A stretch of DNA of 64,000 bases, from the NCBI GenBank assembly GCA_026770705.1, contig JANJGN010000039.1:10478001-10542000 (forward strand). Reading direction: 5' to 3'. The number at the start of each line of letters is the position of its first letter. Position 1 is the stretch's first letter. The notes under the pieces were generated by a model. That model saw only the letters and a list, made by a program, of their open reading frames with translations, ran no database searches and was not told where the DNA came from. The translations under genes were made by a program, and so were the position numbers. Below are positions 13,669 through 23,656 of the stretch, in pieces. Origin of the DNA: Isurus oxyrinchus. Taxonomy: Eukaryota.

Positions 13669-14285
13669 CTGTGATGAATGACACACAGGGAATAATTCCG
13701 CTGTGTGTTCAAAACGAGGCGGCCTGGCGTTAGATGTGTGACTGCTGTGAGAGTTGGAGTATACATTATCACTCCTCCTTTCCTGTTGGTAATTTGTCAC
13801 GAGCTATCTTGATGAGCGTAAGGCGAAAAGCTGTGACAGTGGGTCTATTTTAGCAGCAGTACTCCAGTCCTGTGCTACTAAATGAGCATTTATTGTAAGA
13901 ACCTAATTGCTAACTATTCTGCTGAGCCTATCAGATGGATAAATGCCGACGAAAAAATTATGCTTATGGTTCCAACTTGGATATTTGTATCAAAGCGACA
14001 CTGAAATTGTAACTTTTTGAATAATTTCAATCTGGATTATTGCCACCAAATATAGAAAAAGTTCATTCAAAGTTTATTATAAACACATTCAATTAGCGTA
14101 GAATATATTGCAACATGAAAAAGTGCTTCAAGATGATATACGTGCAAATTTATAACCTCTCAAAAAATCTTTAAGTACCACAGTTCATACAGGTCCCGTA
14201 AGTGGCGATATTCGCACTTAGTCAAAGTGTTTTGGGAACATGCAGGCGGAACAGCTTACAGAGTCTAACGCGGTGCATTGTCCAT

Positions 14286-14369
14286 TCATTGCGGTTTATC
14301 CGAGTCAACTCTCACAGGTGCGTAGGTGACATCTTGAAACTCGCACTTTGCTAATTCAGAACGCTTCTT
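14286..14369 (-). CDS. IgSF receptor last coding exon (KKRSELAKCEFQDVTYAPVRVDSDKPQ*), ITIM VTYAPV
   Basis: Acceptor gtttctttccttgcag, phase 0, stop TGA. Minus-strand AATAAA at 14073-14078 and 13889-13894. Confidence 0.75.
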   Translation of the reverse strand, partial: KKRSELAKCEFQDVTYAPVRVDSDKPQ

Positions 14370-14489
14370 CTGCAAGGAAAGAAACACAATGGCACAAGTG
14401 GGTAAGATCACCTTTCTCTCGATTCGCCTTTTATCAACCTCATGCTCTCCTCCCTTCCTCTGGCAATCCATTCAACTTCACCCCGATGT

Positions 14490-14735
14490 TCTCTCCCCGT
14501 CTCTCTCTCTCACTTTCTCCCTCTCCCATGCTATCTCTCGCTCTCGCTCCCCAAGCCTCATGTTCTGTCTCTGTCTCTCTCATTGATTCCCTCCCTCTCT
14601 CACTCTCACATCCTCGACACCCCACCTCCATGTTCTCTCGCTGTCTCTCTTACTCACCTTTTCCCTCTCCCACGCTCTCTCTCTCTCTCTCTCTCTCTGC
14701 GTCTCCATGTCCTCGGCGTTTTTTCTCTGTCTCTG
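14490..14735. repeat. (CT)n-rich low-complexity tract
   Basis: Direct inspection. Confidence 0.85.
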
Positions 14736-14907
14736 CATCATTTTTATTTTCTTTGTATTTCCTAGGGTCCTGCTCTATTTTCCTTTACCCCCAGCTACAA
14801 ACTTTTTGACATTTCCCCCTTTTAGTTTTCCTTCTGCCTCTTTACGCCCACTTTTTCATCACACAAATCAAGCACCCACCGAACAGAAATATAATTTTTT
14901 TCCCTAC

Positions 14908-15033
14908 TTTAGCTGGGAAGTTGGCGCCTGGTTCACAGGTGGAGGCCCCATCTTTCCAACTGAGGGCTTCCAGGTTCAAAGATGCATAGTTTATCTCCCC
15001 ATTGTCGTCATCTAGCACTTCAGAATAGAATCC
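14908..15033 (-). CDS. IgSF receptor cytoplasmic exon (GFYSEVLDDDNGEINYASLNLEALSWKDGASTCEPGANFPAK), ITIM INYASL
   Basis: Acceptor ttattcatcgcag, donor GTAGGG, 126 nt, phase 0/0. Confidence 0.75.
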
Positions 15034-15278
15034 CTGCGATGAATAACACACAGGAAATAATAAAAGCAAAGGGAACAAGGTGATCGCAACAGGCGCAAGC
15101 TAAATTTAAATTCCTGAAAGCTATATGTTCTTTCCATGAAACAGAGCAGTCTAATAAATTGATTTGAAGAACATATAATTTGGATTGAGTCATAAGGACA
15201 TGACGGGAGGAATATAACTACGAAGATGACATTTTGCAGATTTATAATATCATTGGTTAGAGCACTGTGGGCAATTCT

Positions 15279-15625
15279 GGGGAGGCAGTGGCCTAGTGAC
15301 CAAGTGCTTGGAAAGGTAATTCAGAAGCCTTGATTAACACTTACTGAATTAACTGATCAGGCTCATCCAAGTTCACTTAATAAATGTGGAAATGGAATAT
15401 GGCTGCATGAAGCTACCATTGTTTGTTCTAGCAGCCCATCTGGTTCACGCATGTCCTCGAGGGAAGGAAATCTGACGCCCTCACCTGGTCTGGCCCACCT
15501 GTAAGTCCAGACCTAAAAGCAAAGTGATTGGCCCTTACCTGCCCTCTGAAATGGCCAAGCAAGCCGCTCATTTTAAGGGTGATTTCGGGAGGCCTTGATA
15601 ATGGCACCCACAACCCATGAAAAAC
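15279..15625 (+). mobile_element. Deu-domain SINE (SacSINE1/AmnSINE-like)
   Basis: tRNA-like head ggggaggcagtggcctagtg and Deu core cccatctggttcac..atgtcct..gggaaggaaatctg..cctggtctggcc..gccctctgaaatggcc. Confidence 0.8.
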
Positions 15626-15659
15626 TTATTTCTGAAACCTAAACACCAGACTTCAGGAA

Positions 15660-16150
15660 TGAGTTAATGACCTCAGAAAAAGGGTAAAGCATAAGTGCGT
15701 TCATTGGTAAATTAAGGGGACGTGGGGCTTTCTTGGAGATAAAATACACTAAAACAAATGAGTCATTGCTTCGAACTATGAGTTTAACTGAGATATGTTT
15801 CCACGGCGATCACATTTTCAACAGAGTCGATAGAGGGAAGATAATATTCCCGCTAACTACTGGGCCATCCTACAACAGCAGGGAGTGGACTTTATTTGGA
15901 GAATTAAATAAAACTGGAGGGCAGAAGAGCATAGATTGTTGTTACCTTGTTTTTCATTCAGAGAGTTGTTAGAATCTGGAGCATACCATCTGATAACGTG
16001 ATTGAAGGCAACCCCGTGCAATGTTTCAAAAAATATTTTGAATGAGGAATTTACAGTGATATGGGCACGGTTCTAGCATGGAGGAGTAAGTGAGGCTGAT
16101 AGCCCTTGGAGGATGGGCAGAACGGCCTCCTCCTTGGCGGTTCGCTTCAA
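15660..16150 (+). mobile_element. CR1 LINE 3' fragment
   Basis: Degenerate CR1 C-terminal sequence (ttttcattcagagagttgttagaatctgga) and 3' tail. Confidence 0.6.
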
Positions 16151-16556
16151 CAATGGTGCGATCATGCACTGATTTATTGTTTCATTTCTTCTATCGAATG
16201 TTCCTTTTGAATTTCACTCACCCTTCCTCAGCCTGTCCCCTGTTCTTTTGTCCCTCCCTATGTCACTCTCTAAGTCACTCTCGCGCCTCCTGTCTTTCCT
16301 TGTGTTTCCAAATTTCAGGCTTTTCATCTTTTTTCCCGCTCTTGCTCGGTCTCCCACCCTTTTCCTCTCTGTCAATATTCATTCTCTCTTCCTTGATCTG
16401 CAATTCCAGGGTTCCCTGTTCACTTTTTGCCCCCTATACCTCAATCTCTACCTCCCACTCAGAATATCATACCTCCCACTCAGAATATCATATGTTTGCG
16501 TCCATTTTTCCGTGAGTTGGCTGAGAATAATAGCAATATTCAAAATAGGTGCTTAC

Positions 16557-16594
16557 GTTCATCTCCAGGTTGGAGGAACCACTCTGGTTAAGAT
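16557..16594 (-). CDS. IgSF receptor cytoplasmic exon (YLNQSGSSNLEMN)
   Basis: Acceptor cttgtctttccttttcag, donor GTAAGC, 38 nt, phase 1/0. Confidence 0.7.
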
Positions 16595-16789
16595 CTGAAA
16601 AGGAAAGACAAGTGCATTTTGATTCAATTATTGCATGCTTTCATGGAGCGTAAATGGTCTAGCAAGTTCCTTGTATATTGACATTAAGCGGTGTTACAGA
16701 TTTGTTGTTGTTTATAGGAACGACGTGAATTTCAATTCCATTTTAAACACATGACTTGCAGGCAGTCAAACACTCCTGCTCTGCGGATA

Positions 16790-16992
16790 CTGGTGATCTG
16801 AAACAAGAATAGAAAATGCTTGACAAACACTGAGCAGGTCTGACAGTATCCATGGAGAGAAAGAAAAAGCGAACCTTTCGAATGCGTGTGGCTCTTTCCA
16901 GAGCTCTGAAGAAGAGACATACTGACTCCAAACGTTAACTGTCCCTTTCTCTCCACAGATGCTGTCAGACCTGCTGAGTCTTTTCCACTTTT
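16790..16992. mobile_element. Penelope-like element terminal palindrome with degenerate hammerhead motif
   Basis: Inverted repeat aaaatgct..cagcaggtctgacag..catggagaga versus tctccacagatgctgtcagacctgctgag, with central CTGAAGA-GAGAC..GACTC-(C)AAACGTT. Confidence 0.65.
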
Positions 16993-17371
16993 AAATAGAT
17001 CCCGTGTGTTTGATGTGCCAGCCCACGAATAATTCGATTCCCATATCATCCAGTTTTCCTGTAACCACGACTTTAATAGAACAGAATACTGGGTGTGTAG
17101 TATAACACTCTAAAATGGATCCAGTGTGTTTGATGACCCATGAAAAATTTGATCCCCAATGATCCATGTTTTTTGCAACCAAGTGATCAACAATCTTTAG
17201 AAATGTTTCTAATTCTATACTAGTTCTACCAAATAAATTCTATTTAAGTATAGAAGGGAGAATATTGGAAATAACTACATAAGCCATTCAGACAACCGTG
17301 ACGGACAGTGTCAGAAAGAGCAATGATCCTTGATCAAGAAATACAGTCAATGTCAACATTACTATACTTAC

Positions 17372-17424
17372 ACAGGAGATCACCATCTTGCTGATTTGCC
17401 ATTCCACTTGCAGACGCTGTACAC
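17372..17424 (-). CDS. IgSF receptor cytoplasmic exon (CTASASGMANQQDGDLL)
   Basis: Acceptor ctttctttcattttaaag, donor GTAAGT, 53 nt, phase 2/1. Confidence 0.7.
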
Positions 17425-17854
17425 CTTTAAAATGAAAGAAAGTTACTGATTTGTTAGAAGTATTCCCCCCAAAATCATGTTTATTTTCTAATGCACAAGT
17501 TTAAGAAAATATTTAACTTTTACTGAATTGAGTAATATCGTGTGGTGCATTTTGCTCACAACTATAAATACTGGAGAACTAAAGCAATGTCATTACCTCT
17601 CAATATTTAGTCTTTTTCTCTTTCCTGCAATAAAGCAAAAAGTTGGAAAAATGTAGGGCACTTGATAAAGTTTTCCAAATGCTCAATATTCTATGGATTT
17701 AATGCATTGAAAGGTTTTATGAATTTGCTCCTAATGTAATGAGGATATATGACTAATACACATGCTATGGTGTAGGAAACCATGAAATTAACCGATAATA
17801 TCCTCCAACCCAGTTTCCTCTACTTGCGTCTCAGTATCAATAGCTTCCACTTAC

Positions 17855-17865
17855 AAATTCAGTGC
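17855..17865 (-). CDS. IgSF receptor 11-nt micro-exon (ALN-L)
   Basis: ttttattgccttcag|GCACTGAATTT|GTAAGT, phase 0/2, exactly the phase needed to join its neighbours. Confidence 0.6.
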
Positions 17866-18119
17866 CTGAAGGCAATAAAATATCCCGTGTGCTCCAGAGC
17901 ACTTGGGCTACACACATAAATAGCGTTGAAATACGTAATGTAGTGTTGGTGTTTATAATCCAGATCTTGACACTTCACGTGATCTAATTGCCTCTTTCTA
18001 GCCTTCCCACTTATCACTCTCTCTATTACCCCTTCGCTCTTGAACACATCAGGTCCGCCTTTATTAATGGTGTTATCAGTTTTGACAAGAAAAGTATAAA
18101 AAACAGAGAGAAATAAAGA

Positions 18120-18520
18120 GAAGACTTCGAGTTCTCGCCTTTCTTTGGGTGGTGGAAGTGCTCCTGAATTGTTTTACAGAAGGAATGGATCAAAAGCGTT
18201 CTCGAAGTGATGCATTTTGTAGATGGCTTTAACTTTTCGGAAGCTTCCAGTTAGCTAGTTAAGTTCTGAAAACTTTCGCTGAAGCACCACCATCAGTGAC
18301 GAAGGCGAATGGCATGGAATGGATTCTGTAGTGGGCACAGCTGTGATATGTGGCTGTGCGACTAGGAATGTTTCAGTCTTCAGATTGTTGAAAATGGAAC
18401 GTGGCACACCAACGTGAAACGACCGGATGACTAGGGAGAATAGTTTGGCATCTGTATATTGGCGAATGGAACAAAGAGCTATCTGCAGTAGGGAAGGGGA
18501 ACCAGCAGGATCAGTGTGCA
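18120..18520 (-). mobile_element. L2 LINE RT fragment
   Basis: The minus strand reads QYTDAKLF..(YADD-like)...NNLKTETFLV. Confidence 0.5.
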
Positions 18521-18624
18521 AGATGAGTCATATTCGACTCGAAATGTTATCTCTGTTTCTCTCTCCGCAGGTGAAATCACAGAAGGCCGTGAAGAGGAAC
18601 AAAAGGGATGATTTGTATTAGGGT

Positions 18625-19175
18625 GTAGGACAGAACACAAAAAAGGAGCAGAGGTAGGCCATTCGGCCCCTCTAGCCACCCGAGCCATTAAATAATATCA
18701 TGGTTGATTAGCCCCAGGCCTCAACTCCTCTTTCGTGCCAGCTCCTCATAGCCCTCAACTCCCCAATATTTCAAAAATCTATCTACATCATCATTAAATA
18801 CTTCCAACGGTTTAGACTCCACAACTCACTAGGCTAGAGATTTCCAAACATTCACTACCCTCTGAGAGAGGAAATCCACATGCAGCTCAGTTTTAATTAA
18901 GTGGCCCCTTATGCTGTAACTATGTCTCCTAGTTTGAGATTCTTCCACGAGTGGAGACATCTTCTCAACATTGACACTGTCAAGCCCCCTCAAAATCTTG
19001 CAGGTCTCAATAAGATCACCCCTCATTCTTCTAAACTCGAATGAATAAAGGCTTAAACTCTTTAGCCGTTCTCGATGAGTCAACACTTCCATCCCAGGAA
19101 TCAGCCCATTGAATCTCTTTTGAACTGCCTCCAATGCCAGTGTATTCATTCTTGAATAAAGGGGACCAAAGATTA
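18625..19175 (-). mobile_element. CR1 LINE 3' fragment
   Basis: LALEAVQKRFNGLIPGM...RRMRGDLIETCKILRGLD...FLSQRVVNVWKSL plus CR1 3' UTR. Confidence 0.9.
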
Positions 19176-19249
19176 CTAAGTCCACTAACAATGCAACTAT
19201 GCTATCGCCTCCTCTGCAAAACAGCGAAGTGAAGCTGTTGCTAGGTCCC

Positions 19250-20040
19250 ACTCAGTGCCCAGAGCAACATGTTTAATTTGAAGGAGTTAAGTGGAGTGGA
19301 AGCAAATGTTATTTAACGTCACGGAGATTTGTTTGTCCTCCATACAAGGAGAAAGAATGGGGAGGGCACACAGGCCGCCCTGGTGGCGAATTGACCTACA
19401 GAGTGATTGGACGTCCATGGCGAAACGGAAGCAGAGCCAGAAACTGTTGAAGAGACGGAGGGCATCAGCAGAGCAACGGATGTTGGTAGGGAGTGATGTA
19501 TAAGAAATAAATAGAATCGAGATAGGAATAATTGGTTAGGAGTAGTTTGAAACAATAGGATGAAACCAGATACGTCGCCTTTTTAGATTGGGGTGGAGGT
19601 AGAAGCTGCTTATTTAAGGAGGTTGGGCCATGTGATTGGAAGGCATGGAGGGAAGATCTGCACAGGAGATCAGGTCAGTGATGGCCCTAGATCGGGTGGC
19701 TTCTTTTTATGAAGGAGTGTCATGATCCAGGGGGCGGTAGAAGGCAGTAGTGGAGAGTTGGCCTTTCAACTCTGATATCGATATCCTATCCTGGTACAAG
19801 AAAAAATGTTACGAGCTTGGCCTAAATTTTTGACTTTTGGTTTGGAGCTGACAGACCGGAGTACTGCTTGTTCAGCTTAATATCCCTGCAGAGAAATTGA
19901 AAAAGTTGCTGTCAATACAACACTTCCGAATGAGAAGCTCAATGCAATATTCGGCCAAGGGAAGGTGTCAGATGTAAGTTTGTATGTCCATTTGAATGTT
20001 GAGGTCAAAATATATTGAGGCTTCTTGTCAAATTTCTCCT
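19250..20040 (-). mobile_element. Penelope-like retroelement RT fragment
   Basis: The minus strand near 19360-19425 reads FAMDVQSLCRSIRHQGGLCAL, matching the Penelope-type motif FTMDVQSLYTSIPH. Confidence 0.65.
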
Positions 20041-20054
20041 TTCAACTCATCCTC

Positions 20055-20433
20055 CCATGGGATGTCGTTTTCCCTGGCAATGCCTGAGTTTGTTGCTCAT
20101 GCCTCATTGCTCTTGAACCGAATGTCTAAGCAATTTCAGAGGACATTTAAGCGTTAGCAATATTGCTGTGTGCAGGAGTCACATGTAGGCGAGATCAGGC
20201 AACGATGACCGAGTTGCTTCCCTAAAGAGCATTACTGGACCATTTTAAAATATACATATATAAATTGTAATCGATTGTCGATTCCTGGATAGCAGTACTG
20301 ACACTGACTTAAAATTCTAAAATTATTAATAGGTTTACCTCAAACTCCAGCAGCTGCCGTGGTGGAATCTGAGGCCGTGCCACAAGCCTGGGCGTGTGGT
20401 TTATGACCCCTGCCGCAAATTACACTCTACGCC
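20055..20433 (-). mobile_element. Deu-domain SINE (second copy)
   Basis: Reverse complement of the Deu core (atttcagaggaca..ggagtcacatgtaggc..ttccctaaa) and tRNA-like head. Confidence 0.7.
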
Positions 20434-20440
20434 GGTTTAC

Positions 20441-20464
20441 CAGGAGTTGAAGCGGTGGCCGTTT
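20441..20464 (-). CDS. IgSF receptor 24-nt micro-exon (KRPPLQLL)
   Basis: ctttgtcttcag|AAACGG...CTCCTG|GTAAAC, phase 0/0. Confidence 0.6.
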
Positions 20465-20621
20465 CTGAAGACAAAGCCAGAGAGGGCAGGTGAGAGCAAA
20501 CCGTAAGTACCCAGGGAGTGGGGACATTCGATGGGGTGAGACGAAAGGGAAGGGGCGTGGAATGGAGACGGTCACTGTTGTCCGCCAGTAATGAGGGTGA
20601 TGTTCCAGTTGCTTTACTCAC

Positions 20622-20641
20622 ATCCTCTGCATGAAAGTGAC
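20622..20641 (-). CDS. IgSF receptor 20-nt micro-exon (SHFHAED)
   Basis: cttaattgaaag|GTCACT...GAGGAT|GTGAGT, phase 1/0. Confidence 0.65.
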
Positions 20642-20806
20642 CTTTCAATTAAGACAAGGCCTCATTCCTCAACATGTAGTCATCCATAGCTGCTGACAAT
20701 TTTAATGCTGCAGTTGAGTTTAGGGTTGTTTGCAGGTTCCCGCCAACGTTTCCTCCTTTTTTCATGAAAAATGGTAGTTATTTTTTTTTTCGTGACGAAC
20801 ACTTAC

Positions 20807-20908
20807 TTCTTCTGGCGAACAAGCACGCCGTCATTGCCACAAACGTTGCCAGGATTATTTCGACTGCACACCCCAGGACAGCAATTAGAGGGAAAGTGGT
20901 CCCTGGCC
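20807..20908 (-). CDS. IgSF receptor transmembrane exon (PGTTFPLIAVLGCAVEIILATFVAMTACLFARR)
   Basis: Acceptor ttttattgctctccag, donor GTAAGT, 102 nt, phase 1/1. Encodes a hydrophobic helix followed by basic stop-transfer residues. Confidence 0.8.
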
Positions 20909-21212
20909 CTGGAGAGCAATAAAACGTTGAACATGTGTAAGATTAAATACACAACCATGTGCGTGTTAATGTAATTAAATACATCAATAGCTTTGGAAAT
21001 TCTTCCCAGCTGATTGTGTGCTAAACGCCCCTTAGCCAGTGTAAACTCGTGCACCCTAACAGAATCCATTGGACATTTTTTCCGAACAACTTAATAAAAT
21101 CAGTAGCAGGGGATGTTAAACGGGCAGCGTTTAAAATTTCTTCCACGATTTTCCTCTTGGCTGCCTGACCTGGCGGTCTTAACGGCCACATGATAAAGGC
21201 TAAACCCACGAG

Positions 21213-21490
21213 AACTACCATCTAGAAGGACAAGGGCAGCAGATAGATGGGAACACCGTCACCTGGAAGTTCCCCTCCAAGTCACTCACCATCCTGACTG
21301 GGAAATATATCGGCCGTTCCTTCACTATCATTGGGTCAAAAACCTGGAACTCCCTCCTAACACCACACCACCGGGACTGCAACGGCTCAAGAAGGCAGCT
21401 CACCACCACCTTCTCAAGGGCAACTAGAGATGGGCAATAAATGCTGTGGCGAGACAGCGAAGCCCACATACCCTGAATGAATGAAAAAAC
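21213..21490 (+). mobile_element. 3' tail of the CR1/L2-group LINE family (relatively young copy)
   Basis: accatctagaaggacaagggcagcag...ctcaccaccaccttctcaagggcaactagagatgggcaataaatgctg. Confidence 0.8.
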
Positions 21491-21998
21491 AATATTGACG
21501 GCAAATGTTCTGGGCTGGTTTTACTGTTTTTTTTTTTAATAACACACAGTCCCTAGACAACACAAAGTACTTCGTCTTCTCTTAATTCCGTGATGCAAAT
21601 TATCAGTCTTGATCCTAGGATATTCCTGATAAAGCAAGTGAAGGCAAGAAGCCACGTTATTTAGAAATGAACCAAAACTGGAGCTCAATCAGAATGTCTG
21701 CCTTAGATTGTGAAAGCATAGACAATAGCAGATGCTTCTGGAACTGTTCAGAAAAAAACAAGTTTTAATTAGATGTTTTTGACAACAACACTTGCACACA
21801 CACACACAAAAAAGGGACAAAATGGTTTGGGACAGTGAAATGGCATGCTGTAGAGTCACGGTGAATTGTACTGTTGGAGTTGGGACAAATTAATTTCAGT
21901 GAAATTTTAATGAAATTTCATTTCACTGAAAGGACGGGACAACAATTTCAATGTCTTTTGTAACAGAGCACCACAGAACCTGTTGTGTAAGCAGCCAC

Positions 21999-22335
21999 AT
22001 GGAAGTAAGCGATAATAGCGCCCTTGATGAACTCCAACATTATCGAGCATTACCAAGGCGTAAAGGTTAACAATCTGTGCAGAGACCATGAGAACGGAAG
22101 GTCAGAGACCCGTCGGGCGAGAACCAGGTCCCAGATGTACTTTTAAAATCGGAATAGAACTTAGAATACTGGAAGGAAACGATCATCCCCACTGCTTTAA
22201 AACCTCCACTGGAGGTGTCTGAATGAGTTTGATAAAGCAACAGTCCATTTCTCACGGGTTGGGAGAACAGGCAGTTTGCAAGGAGCACTGTAGAGTCGAA
22301 GATAGCTGTGCCTGGGCTGATTTTGTGGTGAATTC
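21999..22335 (-). pseudogene. Ig V-like domain exon (CD2/SLAM/CEACAM-like) with one frameshift
   Basis: Acceptor gccccttcag. Reads IHHKISPGTAIFDSTVLL...WFSPDGSLTFRS../..NLYALVMLDNVGVHQGRYYRLLP. It is 337 nt; removing 1 nt near 22070-22090 gives 336 nt, phase 1/1. The donor (GTGGCT) is weak. Confidence 0.55.
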
Positions 22336-22631
22336 CTGAAGGGGCATCATGGCATGCAGAAAATGGAGGAGTGCCTAAGTGTGTGAGGAGGCGATTCAAA
22401 TGCATCCACTAATAGGCAATGCTCCTTGGTGAACCTTAGTCCAAGAGAGTGCTCAGACTTGAATTGATGCTGCCAATTATCAGGAGCACGTGTCCTGTTT
22501 TGCGGGCATGTAGAGTCCGTTGGATGATATGCAAGGGGAATGGAAGGAGACAAAGGGAATTCTGCCAGTCCAGTGAGCATTATGGAAATGAGTCAAATAA
22601 CGGTTTGTGGCGAATCAAGCTGACTGCTTAC

Positions 22632-22712
22632 TCTCTGCAGTCCATGCAAAACGAACAGTAAGTAAAACGGATAATCAGACACAATGTCCCCAGTTGACGA
22701 CATCAAATACAT
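22632..22712 (-). pseudogene. Putative signal-peptide exon, disrupted
   Basis: The phase-1 frame ending at a GTAAGC donor reads ...HCV*LSVLLTVRFAWTAE. Nearby ATGs (22712, 22703) are out of frame. Confidence 0.4.
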
Positions 22713-22769
22713 TTGGAGATGTCGACTGGGTTGTAACTAATTTATATTTAAAAAATTAAATTTATATCA

Positions 22770-23115
22770 GCGAGCGTGTCTTCAAGGTACTAGGGCTATG
22801 AAACGTTCAATAGTTGTGACTTGAGTATTGTGTGCATTTCTGGTAACCTCTTTACAGAAAAGATGCCATTCCATTAGACATGGTACAGAGGAAATAAACG
22901 AGGATATTTCCAGACCTGGACAATTGCAACAATGAAGAAAGACTGGATGGGCTGGAGTCGTTCTTCTTGCAAGAGAGGAGGCTGAGGGGAGATTACATTG
23001 AAATATACAGAATTGTGAGCAGCCTGGATCGAATGGATGTGACGGACCTATTTACTTCAACCAGTGACTAGGGGAATTGGGTTTAACGGGGTTGTTAGGA
23101 ATTTTAGAGCAGAGA
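22770..23115 (+). mobile_element. CR1 LINE 3' fragment, cut by the LTR
   Basis: gagaggaggctgaggggagattacattgaaatatacagaatt (RRLRGD..EIYRI). Confidence 0.7.
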
Positions 23116-23118
23116 GTG

Positions 23119-23653
23119 TGTTGGGGAAGAAATTAAGTAAGAATTTATGGTAAGGGAAAATTTATTGAAAAGGAATTAATTACTTTAAATCTCCAGGCAG
23201 CCAGTGCTATCATGTATATTAACACTTAAAGATTACCAGATGAACTTTGCTCAGGCTTAGGGCCTGTTACCAACAGAAAGGCCTCAGGAGCCACACTGGA
23301 GGCAGAGGATGGCTAAGACATAGAGTAATTGTGCTCTTCAACAGATAGGGGAAGGACGGATGGTTCTAGTTTAGGTAGGACGGAAGGTCTCTGCCTGGGT
23401 AAAAATAGGGACATGCGATGAATGTACCTGTTACCAGAGATGCCTGTTTAATGTAAACGGATATAGTGACGAGATGGGAATCTGGAAACTGTTCTTGTAC
23501 GTGACCAATAATGTATAAATATGTTGAACGCTTGTAATTTAGCAGAGTGTGATCTCAAGCTGTATTGAGATGACTCTCCCCTTGCAATTGCTGGAATAAA
23601 CGTTCGTGACCTGTACCTGAGGCCCCTGTGGTCGGGTTGTCAAAGTGACAACA
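23119..23653 (+). mobile_element. LTR of an endogenous retrovirus or Gypsy element (5' LTR)
   Basis: TGTTG...CAACA inverted termini, CCAAT at 23505, TATAAA at 23514, AATAAA at 23595, and a PBS 3 nt downstream. Confidence 0.75.
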
Positions 23654-23656
23654 GAT

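Noticed and set aside
14348-14809. Ser/Leu-rich ORFs
   Set aside because: Translation of the (CT)n low-complexity tract.
16448-17172. Short local duplications (21 bp x2 at ~16450; ~80 bp x2 at ~16992 and ~17112)
   Set aside because: Ordinary intronic slippage duplications with no sign of function.
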